DNA from: Pelagomonas calceolata
Lineage: Eukaryota
DNA length: 64,000 nt
Assembly: GCA_918797485.1 (NCBI GenBank)
Contig: CAKKNE010000003.1
Coordinates: 3,100,001 to 3,164,000 of the forward strand
Reading direction: 5' to 3'
The position numbers and the translations under genes were made by a program. The number at the start of each line of letters is the position of its first letter. Within the stretch, counting starts at the first letter, position 1. Under the pieces are notes generated by a model. It was not told the origin of the DNA. It saw nothing but the letters and a program-made list of their open reading frames with translations, and did not search any database. Shown one piece after another: positions 25,199 through 35,569 of the stretch.

Positions 25199-26623
25199 AT
25201 GGTGCCGCCCCCCCCGCCGCACCCCAAGCCGCTCGAGGTCTTCGACATGGCGTCGGCGCTGGCGCCGACGAACATCGCCGTCGTCAAGTACTGGGGCAAG
25301 GACGCGGCCCGGGGCGGCAACACGCCGATCAACTCCTCTGCCTCGCTCACGCTCGACCCCAACGATTTGCGCGCGGAGACCGTCATGGTCGCGTCGCCGG
25401 AGCTCAGGAGCGACGAGCTCTATTTAAATGGAAGGAAGGTCGACGTGAAGGGCGACGGCACGCACGCCAAGCGGTTGAGACGGTGCCTCGCGACGATGCG
25501 GCGGCGCTGCGCCAAGGCCAAGCACCCGCCGCGCTCGTCGAGAGCGACGTCGAGCGAGGAGCTCTCAAGGTGGGGCGTGCGCGTCGTGAGCCGCAACACG
25601 TTCCCGACGGCCGCGGGCCTCGCCTCGTCGGCGGCGGGCTACGCCGCGCTGGTCCGGTGCGCGTCCGAACTTTACGGCGTCCGCGACACGCCCTCCTTCT
25701 CGCTGAGCGCGACGGCGCGCGAGGGCTCGGGGTCGGCGTGCCGGAGCTTGGATGGTGGTCTGGTGGCGTGGCGGAAGGGGTGCCGCGCGGACCGCGCCGA
25801 CTCGAAGGCCGAGCAGCTCTTCGACGAGCGGCACTGGCCCGACCTCCGCTGCGTCATCATCGTGGCGTCGGCGGCGGAGAAGGAGACGCCGTCGACGGAG
25901 GGCATGCAGCGGAGCGTCGCCACCTCGCCCTTCCTGACGCACCGCGCCGAGGCCGTCGCCGAGCCGCGGCTCCTGGACCTGCAGAAGGCCTTCCGGCAGC
26001 GCAACTTCGAGCGCTTCGGCGAGCTGACGATGCGCGACTCGAACAGCTTCCACGCCACGTGCCTCGACACGTTCCCGCCCATCTTCTACCTGAACGAGGT
26101 CTCGAAGCGGGCGATCACGTGCGTCCACGCGTTCAACGCCGCGCAGAAGCGCACGCGCGCGGCGTACACCTTCGACGCGGGCCCGAACGCCGTGGTCTTC
26201 TGCGAGAACGAGGCCGCCGCGGACGCCTTCGCGGCGCTGGCCGCGACGTGCTTCCTGGGCGCCGACCTCTCGCGGCGGGGCCTCCGGGGCCTCACGAACG
26301 CGCCCGAGAAGCTGGCGCGGGCCTGCCGCGCGAACCCGCCCTCGGACGCGCTGCTCGAGGCCTGTGGCGACAAGCGGGGCGGCGCGACGATGATGTACCT
26401 CACCAGGGTCGGCGGCGGCGCCGCGGCGCCGCTCGCGGACTCGGCGCGCGACGCGCTCGTGGACGCGTCGGATGGCACGCCCCAGGCGCGGGGGCGGGAG
26501 GCGTGGCAGCGCGCCGCGCCGCCGCCGCCGCCCGCGTCCGGCGCGCCGCGCGTGCTCCGAGTCGTCGTCGCCGTCGTCGCCGTCGTCTGGGCCGGGTCGC
26601 TCCTCGCGCGGCGGAAGGTGTAA
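25199..26623 (+). CDS. MVD: diphosphomevalonate decarboxylase
   Basis: 'APTNIAVVKYWGK', 'PINSS', 'NTFPTAAGLASSAAG', 'GSGSACRSL', 'DSNSFHATCLDTFPPIFY', 'AYTFDAGPN'. Confidence 0.95.
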   Translation: MVPPPPPHPKPLEVFDMASALAPTNIAVVKYWGKDAARGGNTPINSSASLTLDPNDLRAETVMVASPELRSDELYLNGRKVDVKGDGTHAKRLRRCLATMRRRCAKAKHPPRSSRATSSEELSRWGVRVVSRNTFPTAAGLASSAAGYAALVRCASELYGVRDTPSFSLSATAREGSGSACRSLDGGLVAWRKGCRADRADSKAEQLFDERHWPDLRCVIIVASAAEKETPSTEGMQRSVATSPFLTHRAEAVAEPRLLDLQKAFRQRNFERFGELTMRDSNSFHATCLDTFPPIFYLNEVSKRAITCVHAFNAAQKRTRAAYTFDAGPNAVVFCENEAAADAFAALAATCFLGADLSRRGLRGLTNAPEKLARACRANPPSDALLEACGDKRGGATMMYLTRVGGGAAAPLADSARDALVDASDGTPQARGREAWQRAAPPPPPASGAPRVLRVVVAVVAVVWAGSLLARRKV

Positions 26624-26652
26624 TATTCTCACAGATTATATACTTAACACGT

Positions 26653-27600
26653 CTAGTCACCCTCGTCGCCGCCGCTCGCCTCGAGGCGCGCGAGCCACTC
26701 GCGGGCCGCGCTCTGGGCCTCGGGCGCCCAAGCGTCCGCGCGGTCCGCGAAGCCCGGGGTCAGGGCCGGCGGCGCGCCGAGCCCTCGCATGGAACAGGCG
26801 ACCTGGTTCCAGCCCCCCAAGAGGCGCTCCTGCAAGACGGTCTCCAGCCGCAGGAGCTCGCGCTCGGCGGGCTCGCCCCCGCCCGCGTCGTAGGCCGCGT
26901 GCCAGAGCTGCTTCGCGGCCGCCGCCGCGTCGGGGCTCCCCTTGGCAACGCGCCGCGCGAACTCCAGCGCCGCGTCGAAGGCCGAGCCCTCGACGACGCG
27001 CGTGACCAAGCCGAGCTCCAGGGCCTCGCGCGCGCCGACGACCCGGCCCGACGTCGTCAGCTCGAGCGCGACGTCTCGCCGCGTCAGCTCGCGCAGCGCG
27101 GCCGTCGCGCCCATGTCGGGCACGAGCCCCCACTTGGCCTCCATGACCGACAGCTTCGCGTCCTCCGCCGCGACGCGGACGTCGGCGCCGAGCGCGATCT
27201 GCAGGCCGCCGCCGAAGCACGCGCCGTGGACCGCGGCGACGACGGGGCACGGCACGCCGCGCCAGAGGTAGGACACGGCCTGCGCGAGGTTCGCCGCCTC
27301 GCCGTCCGCACGCTCGAGCAGCTCGGCGCAGTTCGCCTTCGCGCGGAGCGGGTGCATGACGCCCTTCACGTCGAGGCCCGCGCAGAAGGCGCGCCCCGCG
27401 CCCCGGAGCACGACGCACCTCACGCTCGCGTCGTCGCGCAGCTTGCGCGCCGCGTCCCGCACGCCGCGAAAGGCCGCCATGTTCAGCGCATTGAGCTTCT
27501 CGGGGCGGTCGAGCGTGACCACTGCTATGTGCTTGTCTACGCGTTCGACGCGCACCGAGAGCCGTCTCCGCGGCGCGACACGAGTGACTGCTCGGCGCAT
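26653..27600 (-). CDS. enoyl-CoA hydratase/isomerase (crotonase) family protein
   Basis: 'LDRPEKLNAL', 'AFCAGLD', 'HGACFGGGLQIALGAD', 'EAKWGLVPDMG'. Confidence 0.92.
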   Translation of the reverse strand: MRRAVTRVAPRRRLSVRVERVDKHIAVVTLDRPEKLNALNMAAFRGVRDAARKLRDDASVRCVVLRGAGRAFCAGLDVKGVMHPLRAKANCAELLERADGEAANLAQAVSYLWRGVPCPVVAAVHGACFGGGLQIALGADVRVAAEDAKLSVMEAKWGLVPDMGATAALRELTRRDVALELTTSGRVVGAREALELGLVTRVVEGSAFDAALEFARRVAKGSPDAAAAAKQLWHAAYDAGGGEPAERELLRLETVLQERLLGGWNQVACSMRGLGAPPALTPGFADRADAWAPEAQSAAREWLARLEASGGDEGD

Positions 27601-27785
27601 GGCTCTTTGGTAGATGGGCGTCCCGGTGGCAAGTTATTAATCGAGTCAGTGTCCGTATACGCGGTAGCATCAAGCACATCTATGGCACCCTTGAACAGTC
27701 GACAGTGCACATAGTACACTATCGTCGCGTGAAGCCACTGCTTCATTGCACGTGTTTGGCCAGCTGGCAGCACATCAACAAAACG

Positions 27786-28376
27786 ATGCAGCGCCACCAC
27801 GCCAGCCTCGCCGTCCTCAGCTTGGCAGCAGCATGCTCGGGCCTGACGACGACAGTAACCAAGACGCTCCCGGCGCCGCCGCCCGCGCCGCGACTGACGG
27901 CCGCCGACGAGGCGCTGCTGCGGCGGTCGGGCCGCGTCGAGCGCGTCGAACGGGACGGCCGCGTCGGCGCGGCCTGGGCCGTCGTCGACAGCGCGATGGC
28001 CGCCGACGACGCGTGGACGGTCATCCGCGAGGTCGAGAACTACGACCGGACGATCCGCGGCGTCAAGGCGGCGGCGCTGAAGCCGGCGACGGCGCCGGAC
28101 GTGGTCCGCGCGGGCTTCCAGCTGACGAAGCTGCGGCTGCCCGCGAATTTGGCCTTCGAGGTCAGCGGCCCGCGCGAGCTCACGGTGGCCCTCGACGCCG
28201 ACGCGCGGAACGTCGCCATCGAGCGGCTCGCGGGCGCCTGGCGCGTCGAGGAACGGGAGGGCGGCGGCTGCCGCGTCTCCCTGGCCGCGCGCGTCGAGGC
28301 GTGCCGCGTCGTGCCCGCGCGGGTCGTCGACTACGTCGCCGAGCGGGCGCTCCGGCGCGCGACGAAGTGGCTCTAG
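27786..28376 (+). CDS. SRPBCC/polyketide-cyclase-like protein with signal peptide
   Basis: Hydrophobic N-terminus; 'AWTVIREVENYDRTI', 'LAGAWRVE', C-terminal helix. Confidence 0.65.
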   Translation: MQRHHASLAVLSLAAACSGLTTTVTKTLPAPPPAPRLTAADEALLRRSGRVERVERDGRVGAAWAVVDSAMAADDAWTVIREVENYDRTIRGVKAAALKPATAPDVVRAGFQLTKLRLPANLAFEVSGPRELTVALDADARNVAIERLAGAWRVEEREGGGCRVSLAARVEACRVVPARVVDYVAERALRRATKWL

Positions 28377-28770
28377 GAGGTTGTTTTTAACTTGATGGTT
28401 GTGTGATTTATATCAGGCAGGCTTAGTAGTACCGAGACGACAACCGACACCCCCTGAGGGAGGGCGGCCGTCGTCGATGGAGTTTGGCCGCCGTCGACGG
28501 TGTAGACGGCTGCCTCAAAGTAAGTCGCGACAACGCATCCTCTGCTACACTCACTATTGCACTCACATCCACGTCAACGGCTGTAAAATTTGACATGGTG
28601 GAGGAACACGACGATGACGACAAGGGTGACGACATCCCACTGCTGCTGCTGGATGTCCGATGACGCGGAATCGGATGGCTCTTCTTACCTCCCGACGTTG
28701 ATCGGCCTCGACGGCCATCAGAGATCTGAGCGTGCGGGCTCCGGGCGGTATAGGGACTATTCCGCGTGGC

Positions 28771-31104
28771 TTAGTCGCCCCCCTGGCTCAGCCGCCGCGA
28801 CTCCGTCTCCGACCGCGCGCGCACGGCCTCGAGGAGCAGGTCCTGGTGGTCCCGCAGGTGCTCCACCTTCGCGGCGAACTCCGCGTGCAGCCGCCGGCAC
28901 CGCGCCCGCAGCGCCGCGTCGTCGTCGTCCTCGTCGTCCTCGTCGTCGCCGACGCCGACCTTCGCGTCGACGCGCGGTATCCGCAGGATCTTGTGGACGA
29001 GGACGTCGTAGCAGTAGTGCATGTCCTGCAGGAACGGCGAGTCCGCCTCCTTGATGCCCTCGTCCTTGCGCTCCTTCATGTCCTCCAGGTGCTCGTCCCG
29101 CACCTCGTCGAAGGCGATGCCAATGACCGCGAGGAACATGCTCAACACGATGAACGAGTTCATGAAGACGAAGGGAAAGAACAGGAACGCCACCAATACG
29201 TGGTCCGAGGCCACGAGCCCGCCGATGTCCGACGCGCCCATGAGCACGTCCAGGAGCGTGATGAACGAACTGTGGAAGTCCTTGTAGGCGTCGGTCGACG
29301 CGCCGTAGCCCACGAAGAACGCGATCGCGAACCCCAGGATGCCCACGAACATGATCCCGAGCAGCACGAGGCAGTCGCTCACGGACCGCGCGCACGTGTT
29401 CGTGAACTGCGCGAGCGAGGGCACGTGCCGGAAGTACTTGAAGACCTTGAGAAAACTAAAAATCATGTTCACGGCGTTCAGGGCGTCGACGCGCACGGCC
29501 ACGTGGGCGATCTTTGCCAGGTCCGCCGCGAAGCCGCAGTTCAGGTCGACGTCGTCGAGGGACCTATCCGCCGTCCAGAGCAGGATCGTGATCCTCAGCA
29601 AGGCCACGAGCAAATAGGTCGAGAGGTTGATCACCTCGAGCCAGTTCCAGAAGCTGTCGAAATAAACCTCCCGGTGCTTCACGAACTGCCGGACCTCCCG
29701 CAGCGCGTACAGCACGCACACGACGTAGAAGAGCAGCTCGCCGAAGGCGCCCCGCCGCTGCTCCCCCCAGGGCTTGCCCTCCAGGCCGTCGCCCCGGAGC
29801 TCCCGATCTAGCTTCAGGATCGGCGACGCGACGACCTGGTACGTCGGCACGATGCCGCCGCCCGGCAGCAGCTCGACGTTCGCCCGGACCAGCCCGAAAA
29901 TGTCCGCGTGCGGGTTGTACACGCAGAAGCTCACGATGACCGCCCGGACGCTCCGCCCCGCGAAGAAGTTCGCCGCGTGGAGCTCGCGCAGCTCGCGCAG
30001 CGCCACGGCTCGGTCCGGGCTCAGGTCGAACGTGTTGCCGTCGCCGTAATAGGTGATGCCCGTCGTCGCGCTCGTGTAGGGCAGCTCCGCGTCGCTGTCG
30101 CCGTCGCTACAGGCCAAGTTGCCCAAATATTTGCCTAAATATTTGCCTGGACAGCCGGAGTTGACGAACTCGCCGCGCCGCTTGGCGCCGGTTTTGGTGG
30201 CGGGCGCGCGGCACGACGCGGACGGCGCGTGCGTCGGCTCGGGCGTCACGACGGCGGGCGTCGGTGCGTCCGTCGCGAACGTCGGCGCCTCCGTGGCGAC
30301 CTCCGCCACCGTCAGATCCAGCACGGGCGCCTTATAGTTCCGTTTGACGCGCCAGTTTGAGTCCAAAGACGGGTAGCAGTTGTCCGGGTCGAGCTTCGTC
30401 CCGTCCGGCAGCGTCAGCCTCTTCGCCATCGTCGGGCAGTCGCCGCCCCGCGCGCGGACGACGCGCACGCGCACGAGCCCGACGCGCATCGTCACGCCGT
30501 CCGCGAGCAGCCGGGGCTTGGCGGGCTTGCCGTGCCACGTCCGGCCGCCGGCGCCGTACGCGTAGCCCGCGACGACGTCCCGCAGCCAGACCTCGATCTG
30601 CGCGAAGCAGGCGATGCCGTCGTAGGCGCAGTTCGGCTCGAACTCGTTGACGAGGAACTGGTCCTCGAGGTTGCGCCGGAAGTAGTAGGGCGTCGCGTTC
30701 GTGCCGGCGATGTTCGTCGCCGCCAGGATCGCGATGAAGAGCACGTAGAGCCAGAAGTCCAGGAACTCGGGCGACCACTTCCGCCGTTTCGGGGGCTTTG
30801 CCGCCGCCGCCGTCCGCGCCGGCGGCTCGTACGTGACCTGGCGCGTCTTCGACGCGAGGCCCGCCATCGAGGCCCGGCCGCCCGCGAACGCGTTGAGCGC
30901 CATGCCGGCGCTCTTGCCGCCCGAGCCCCCGAGGAGCTTCTTGAGGCGATCCGCGTCTGCGGCGCCCTCGCGGACCTCGCGGGCCTGCGCCTCGGCCTCG
31001 GCCACGACGCTCGCCGCCGGCGCGGGCGCCGCCGCCGCCGCGGACATGCTGCCGGCGTTCGCCTCGCGCTCCTTCGCCGCGGCCAGCATCTCCGTGAGGC
31101 CCAT
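28771..31104 (-). CDS. polycystin-2 (TRPP)-type cation channel
   Basis: TM1 'FWLYVLFIAIL', long extracellular loop with 'RAVIVSFCVYNP', 'YFDSFWNWLE', 'LKVFKYF', pore region and S6 'FIVLSMFLAVI'. Confidence 0.88.
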   Translation of the reverse strand: MGLTEMLAAAKEREANAGSMSAAAAAPAPAASVVAEAEAQAREVREGAADADRLKKLLGGSGGKSAGMALNAFAGGRASMAGLASKTRQVTYEPPARTAAAAKPPKRRKWSPEFLDFWLYVLFIAILAATNIAGTNATPYYFRRNLEDQFLVNEFEPNCAYDGIACFAQIEVWLRDVVAGYAYGAGGRTWHGKPAKPRLLADGVTMRVGLVRVRVVRARGGDCPTMAKRLTLPDGTKLDPDNCYPSLDSNWRVKRNYKAPVLDLTVAEVATEAPTFATDAPTPAVVTPEPTHAPSASCRAPATKTGAKRRGEFVNSGCPGKYLGKYLGNLACSDGDSDAELPYTSATTGITYYGDGNTFDLSPDRAVALRELRELHAANFFAGRSVRAVIVSFCVYNPHADIFGLVRANVELLPGGGIVPTYQVVASPILKLDRELRGDGLEGKPWGEQRRGAFGELLFYVVCVLYALREVRQFVKHREVYFDSFWNWLEVINLSTYLLVALLRITILLWTADRSLDDVDLNCGFAADLAKIAHVAVRVDALNAVNMIFSFLKVFKYFRHVPSLAQFTNTCARSVSDCLVLLGIMFVGILGFAIAFFVGYGASTDAYKDFHSSFITLLDVLMGASDIGGLVASDHVLVAFLFFPFVFMNSFIVLSMFLAVIGIAFDEVRDEHLEDMKERKDEGIKEADSPFLQDMHYCYDVLVHKILRIPRVDAKVGVGDDEDDEDDDDAALRARCRRLHAEFAAKVEHLRDHQDLLLEAVRARSETESRRLSQGGD

Positions 31105-31643
31105 GGTAGCTTCGGGTCTTTACTGCCTTCCTGGGCCCGTCGACGGGGCTGCCCCGGCTGGGCGGCAGTAGTCCTGCCTGCCGGTACTGCCTTCCCGTGT
31201 TCCTCGACGGGGCTGCCTCGGCCGAGCCGTAGCGTCCGTGAGTCGTGCCGAGCGGTCGTATCGAGGGCTGGCCTCGGTCGCGCCGCTCGGAGGGCGCCGC
31301 GGGCAGCGCTGCACGGCCGGCGGACCAAACCTGCTTTGTTTGTTTGGCCCGCCCGCGGGAGATGTCTCCGGCAAGGGCTCGTCGGCTCGAGAAGCCTCCC
31401 TGCTCGGGTCGGTGCTCGCAACTGAAAATCATTTTTTTTACGGGGAGTCTCGCACCAAATAATATTACGTAAAACGAAGAGGGACGTCGGCGGTCGCAAG
31501 CCCATCTCCGAAGGAAGGCCAGGGACGCCCGCCACCGGGTCCCGGGCAGCCCCGGTTCCACTCGTGCCTGGTCCGGCGTCGCGGGAGCCAGCGTGAGCTG
31601 CTCGGAGCCCGCGGCGGCGTGGACACCTGACTTGGGGCGGCCA

Positions 31644-32072
31644 ATGGCGACCGCGACGGCGCCGCCGGCGCAGCGCGCGGGCCCGCCGGCGCCGCGGGAG
31701 ATGGTGACGATCCGCGCACGAGACAAGGCGACGGGCAAGGACCTGATCATCACCGTGCCGCGCGGCGCGAGCATGGACGAGGTCATGGCGGCCTACACGG
31801 CCAAGTTTAACGCGCAGGAGGGCAAGTCGCTGGCGCGCGACGAGTTCCGCTTCGTGAGCAACGGCGCCACGGTCGGCGGCGGTGACCGCGTCGAGGACCT
31901 GCCGGCGTCGCACGCGGCCTACGGCGGCGACGGCGCGCGCGCGGCGGGCGGCGCCGCCAGCGACGACGACGACGACGACGACGACGACGCTGACGCCCCT
32001 GACGCGTTCGGCTGCGGCGGCGTGAGCTGCCAGGCGGGCGACGCCGCGGACGCGGGCTGCGCCGTCATGTGA
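31644..32072 (+). CDS. ubiquitin/SUMO-like protein with acidic tract and C-terminal CaaX box
   Basis: 'VTIRARD..IITVPRGASMDEVMAAY..FRFVSNGATV..DRVEDL' beta-grasp pattern; ends in CAVM*. Confidence 0.7.
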   Translation: MATATAPPAQRAGPPAPREMVTIRARDKATGKDLIITVPRGASMDEVMAAYTAKFNAQEGKSLARDEFRFVSNGATVGGGDRVEDLPASHAAYGGDGARAAGGAASDDDDDDDDDADAPDAFGCGGVSCQAGDAADAGCAVM

Positions 32073-32212
32073 TCCCCCTGTGCCCGTCTACGTAACCATC
32101 AATCTAGTTTTAGGCTCAGGCTCAGGCTAGTTACGTCGCAGGGTTCCCCGCACCCCTCCCGCTCCCCCCGGGCCCACCCGTCCGGCTGGACTAGGACGCA
32201 AGGGCTGAGTCA

Positions 32213-32488
32213 CAATCTATTGTTACGGTGCTAGGACTAGTGGGCGGAGCCCCTGGGGGGGACACCGCGCGTCGCCGATTCATCGGCGGCGGGCGCGGGC
32301 CGCTTCTTTCATAACAGAAACAGCGTACCTCCTAAGCAGAACCGCCTCGAGCGGCAAACCCCCCGAACAATGTGCAACGTTCGCCCGTTCAATCAACTTG
32401 TCCCGCGACGCCCCGCAGCGACCTTGGACCGCGGCGACGCGTTCGGCACCGTACACTCCAACAAAGCCAGTAGACACTCGGCCCGACC
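32213..32488 (-). mobile_element. SINE-like dispersed repeat, long copy
   Basis: 32218-32368 is homologous in reverse complement to 35811-35943. Flanked by direct repeat CTGAGTCA (32205-32212, 32489-32496). Confidence 0.55.
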
Positions 32489-32670
32489 CTGAGTCAGGGA
32501 TTTTAGGCTAGTGCCTTACAGGCCGCTAGCTCAAGCCGCGGCATCGCTGCCGACTCGCGCGAACTAGTTCTGGCCATTGCACGCTCTTCGTGGTCGCTTT
32601 TAGCCGCACAAGCGCTGAATCGTACAGAGACGCCTTTGCTTTCCTACCTCGCCCGCCGCCCGCGCCGCGG

Positions 32671-33201
32671 ATGGCCGCGATGGTCGACGACGCGCCGGCG
32701 GCGGCGCCGCCGGCCTACGACGACCTCGGCCTGGGCGACGACGACGACGACGAGGACCTCGAGCGGCTGGGCCTGCGCGACGCCGCGCCCGCGCCCGCCG
32801 CGCCGGCGGCCGGCGACGGCGCGCCGCCGCCGAACCAGGTGACGCGCGACGCGCGCGACCCCGACCGGCGCTTCTGCCCCCAGTGCGGCAACACGTGGCA
32901 GCCGCGCGAGTCGCGGGCCGACCAGACGCTACTGCTGCACTGCCGCAACTGCGGGTACGCCGAGCCGGCGCACTCGCCGGTCGTCTACGAGAACCGCATC
33001 AAGAAGGAGGTCTCCACGCGCCTCGACACCATCAACCCCGAGGTGACGCAGGACCCGACGCTGCAGCGCATGCGCGGCGCGCGCTGCGAGAGCTGCGGCC
33101 ACGACGAGGCCGTGCTCTTCCAGGCCGAGTCCGGCGCCTTCGCGGCGTCGCTGAGCCTCATCTTCGTGTGCTGCGGCTGCGGGTACAAGTGGGTCGGGTG
33201 A
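32671..33201 (+). CDS. RPB9: RNA polymerase II subunit RPB9
   Basis: Two zinc ribbons 'RFCPQCGN..CRNCGY' and 'DPTLQR...CESCGHDEAVLFQ..CCGCGYKW'. Confidence 0.9.
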   Translation: MAAMVDDAPAAAPPAYDDLGLGDDDDDEDLERLGLRDAAPAPAAPAAGDGAPPPNQVTRDARDPDRRFCPQCGNTWQPRESRADQTLLLHCRNCGYAEPAHSPVVYENRIKKEVSTRLDTINPEVTQDPTLQRMRGARCESCGHDEAVLFQAESGAFAASLSLIFVCCGCGYKWVG

Positions 33202-33238
33202 TTTCGTGGTCGGAAGACTACTACTATTCTAAGGATTA

Positions 33239-33682
33239 CTACATATCTAGCTCGAGCTCGCCCTCCTCGAAGTGCGCGGTGAGCCGCGGCTCCTCGAACT
33301 GCACGACGACGGGCCGGTTCGCCGACAGCGCCGCGCCGCTGCCGTCGCGCGCCACGCTGGCGAGGCCCGACACGCTGCCGACGAGGCCCCGCACGGCGAG
33401 GCCCGCCTTGTGCTTCGGGTGGTGGTAGACGACGGCGTCGCTCACGACGCGCACGCGGTCGCCGATGTTGAAGCTGCACTCCTCCCAGGCGCCGCACGAC
33501 ATGGCCTCCGCCTCGGTGAGGCACTCGGGGCTCGGGTCGAAGACGTCGCACTCCTCGGCGTCGTCCGCAAGCAGCACGACGCCGCGCCGCCGCCGCTGCG
33601 CTGGCGCCCGCACCGGCGCGAGCGCCGCGCAGGCGCCGGCCAGGACCAGGGTCCGTCGCCACCTCGACATGCTGCTCCTCAT
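33239..33682 (-). CDS. ferredoxin-thioredoxin reductase variable (alpha) chain, plastid-targeted
   Basis: 'IGDRVRV...VYHHPKH..GLVGSV...LSANRPVVVQF...AHFEEGEL' with an N-terminal signal/transit sequence. Confidence 0.82.
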   Translation of the reverse strand: MRSSMSRWRRTLVLAGACAALAPVRAPAQRRRRGVVLLADDAEECDVFDPSPECLTEAEAMSCGAWEECSFNIGDRVRVVSDAVVYHHPKHKAGLAVRGLVGSVSGLASVARDGSGAALSANRPVVVQFEEPRLTAHFEEGELELDM

Positions 33683-33947
33683 GCGGCTCCTCAGAGCCAC
33701 TTGTGCTCGGGCTGATCGACCGTAAATTGGTGCGCTGCCCGAGCCCGCCGCTCAGAGCCGAAAGCTGTCGAGCTGGAGGCCGCTGGAGGCGTCGTCTGAA
33801 AGCGACTTTGAAAGCGGCACGAGCTAGCGGCCTGTAAGACACTAGCATTATAGAGAGCTCTGAGTTGTTGCACGGCGCCGTGTTGCACGCGCGGCGAAGC
33901 TTTGCATCTATTCGTGCCCGTTGAACAGCCGCCGCTCGGACCCGCCG

Positions 33948-34673
33948 ATGAAGGCATCAACTTGCTTGCTGTGCGCGCTGCCTGCCGCTGCAGCCTTGGC
34001 CCCGGCGACGCGGCGGCGGGCCCTGGGCTGGGCCGCGGGCGCCGCGGCCGGCGTCGCCCTGCCGCGGCCGGCGGCCGCCGCGGACTTGAACAGCTGGAAC
34101 AAGAAGCTCGACAAGCTCGGCCTGCCGCCGCTCGACAAGATCCCGGGCGGCTTCGCGCCCGTGCTGTCGTCGGTGAACCAGGAGCAGTCGCTCTTCGTCG
34201 AGTTCCTGCGGCCCGACGGCTGGCTCGTCGTCAAGCCCTCGGTCAACACGAACGGCGAGGACGGCACCGTGAGCGCGGGCGACTACGGCAAGGGCGACTC
34301 GGCCGCGCTCTACGTGTCCGACCTGCGGCCGGCCACGGACAAGGCCTACTACGCCAAGCTCCTGAAGGGCGGCATCGCCCAGAAGGGCGGCGGCGAGCTC
34401 TACCAGGAGTTCAAGGTCCGGAAGGTCACGCCCGGCGCGCCGACGACCGTGGACTTCTCCTACGAGCTCCTGACGGGCGCGGGCTTCATCGTCGAGCGCC
34501 GGGGCGTCGCCGCCGTCACGGACGTCAACGGCAAGTCGCAGGCGTTATTGGCCGTGACGACGTCGGCGCGCTTCAAGGGCCTCGAGCCGAAGCTCCGGAC
34601 CATCGCGGACTCGTTCCGGTGCTACGAGAAGGTCGGGTCCGTGCCGACGGACACGTTCGGCCTCGAGGACTAG
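33948..34673 (+). CDS. PsbP-domain thylakoid lumen protein
   Basis: Signal peptide, RRRAL twin-arginine and AxA site; 'PDGW', C-terminal 'LRTIADSFR'. Confidence 0.72.
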   Translation: MKASTCLLCALPAAAALAPATRRRALGWAAGAAAGVALPRPAAAADLNSWNKKLDKLGLPPLDKIPGGFAPVLSSVNQEQSLFVEFLRPDGWLVVKPSVNTNGEDGTVSAGDYGKGDSAALYVSDLRPATDKAYYAKLLKGGIAQKGGGELYQEFKVRKVTPGAPTTVDFSYELLTGAGFIVERRGVAAVTDVNGKSQALLAVTTSARFKGLEPKLRTIADSFRCYEKVGSVPTDTFGLED

Positions 34674-34786
34674 TTCGTAAATTTCGTCGCCGGCCGTTTT
34701 CGACCTGTTGCGCGCCCCCCCAGGTGTTGGGTGCTGCCGGATGGGAGGGCTCGACCGCCCTCCGACGTGCCCTCCGTGATATAGAT

Positions 34787-35569
34787 TTAGTCGCCGGCCG
34801 TGAACAGGCGCACCGCCGCGCGGAACGCGTCCGCGAACCCCTCGGGGCACCGGGGCTCGCGGAGCAGCCGCTGCAAGACGACCTCGGCGTCCGCGGCGCC
34901 CGCGCTCAGCGCGAGCGCGCGCGCGGGCCCGACGCCGGGGACGTTCTTCGCGTAGTCGCAGCCGCTCGCGACGCAGAACGCCACGAACCGCTCGCGCGGC
35001 CACCCCAGGAACGTCCCGGACGCGCCCAGCGCCCGCAGCTCGAACTCGGACCCGACGAGCGTCGGGCGCCCGTCGCCCGCCGTCGCGAGCTTGGCGGCGA
35101 AGAGGCAGCGCGGCGCGCCCATGGCGACGAGGTCGCAGTCGTCCGTCAGCACGCAGCACACGTCGCCGCGCCGCGCGCGCGCCGCCAGCTCCGCGTCGGC
35201 CTCGCCCGCCGCCTGGACGCACGTCGCGCCCGCCGCCGCGGCCGCGGCCCGGGCCGCGGCCACGAAGGCGTACGGGCTGCCGCGGCCCCGGGGCGCCTTC
35301 GCGCCCGCGACCGCCTTCTTCGCCGCGGGGCCCTTGCCGTCGAAGACCAGGACGGCGCGCACGTCGCGGCCCGCCAGGGCGGCCGCGTAGTCCGCGAAGA
35401 ACGCCGCGACGCGCGCCTCGACGTCGGCGGCGCCGTCGGCGCGCGCGCCGTGGTAGGCGCGGTGCAGCCAGGCGGACGCGTCGACGCCCACGGAGCAGCC
35501 GGCGTACGCCGCGACGTCGACGTCGCGCGAGAGCGGTTTGAGGTGCGCATGCAGCTTGGTGATGCCCAT
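34787..35569 (-). CDS. XPG/FEN1-superfamily nuclease (EXO1-like catalytic core only)
   Basis: 'MGITKL', 'GVDASAWLHRA', 'VFDG', 'EADAELA', 'TDDCDL', 'SGCDY..VPGVG'. Confidence 0.85.
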   Translation of the reverse strand: MGITKLHAHLKPLSRDVDVAAYAGCSVGVDASAWLHRAYHGARADGAADVEARVAAFFADYAAALAGRDVRAVLVFDGKGPAAKKAVAGAKAPRGRGSPYAFVAAARAAAAAAGATCVQAAGEADAELAARARRGDVCCVLTDDCDLVAMGAPRCLFAAKLATAGDGRPTLVGSEFELRALGASGTFLGWPRERFVAFCVASGCDYAKNVPGVGPARALALSAGAADAEVVLQRLLREPRCPEGFADAFRAAVRLFTAGD

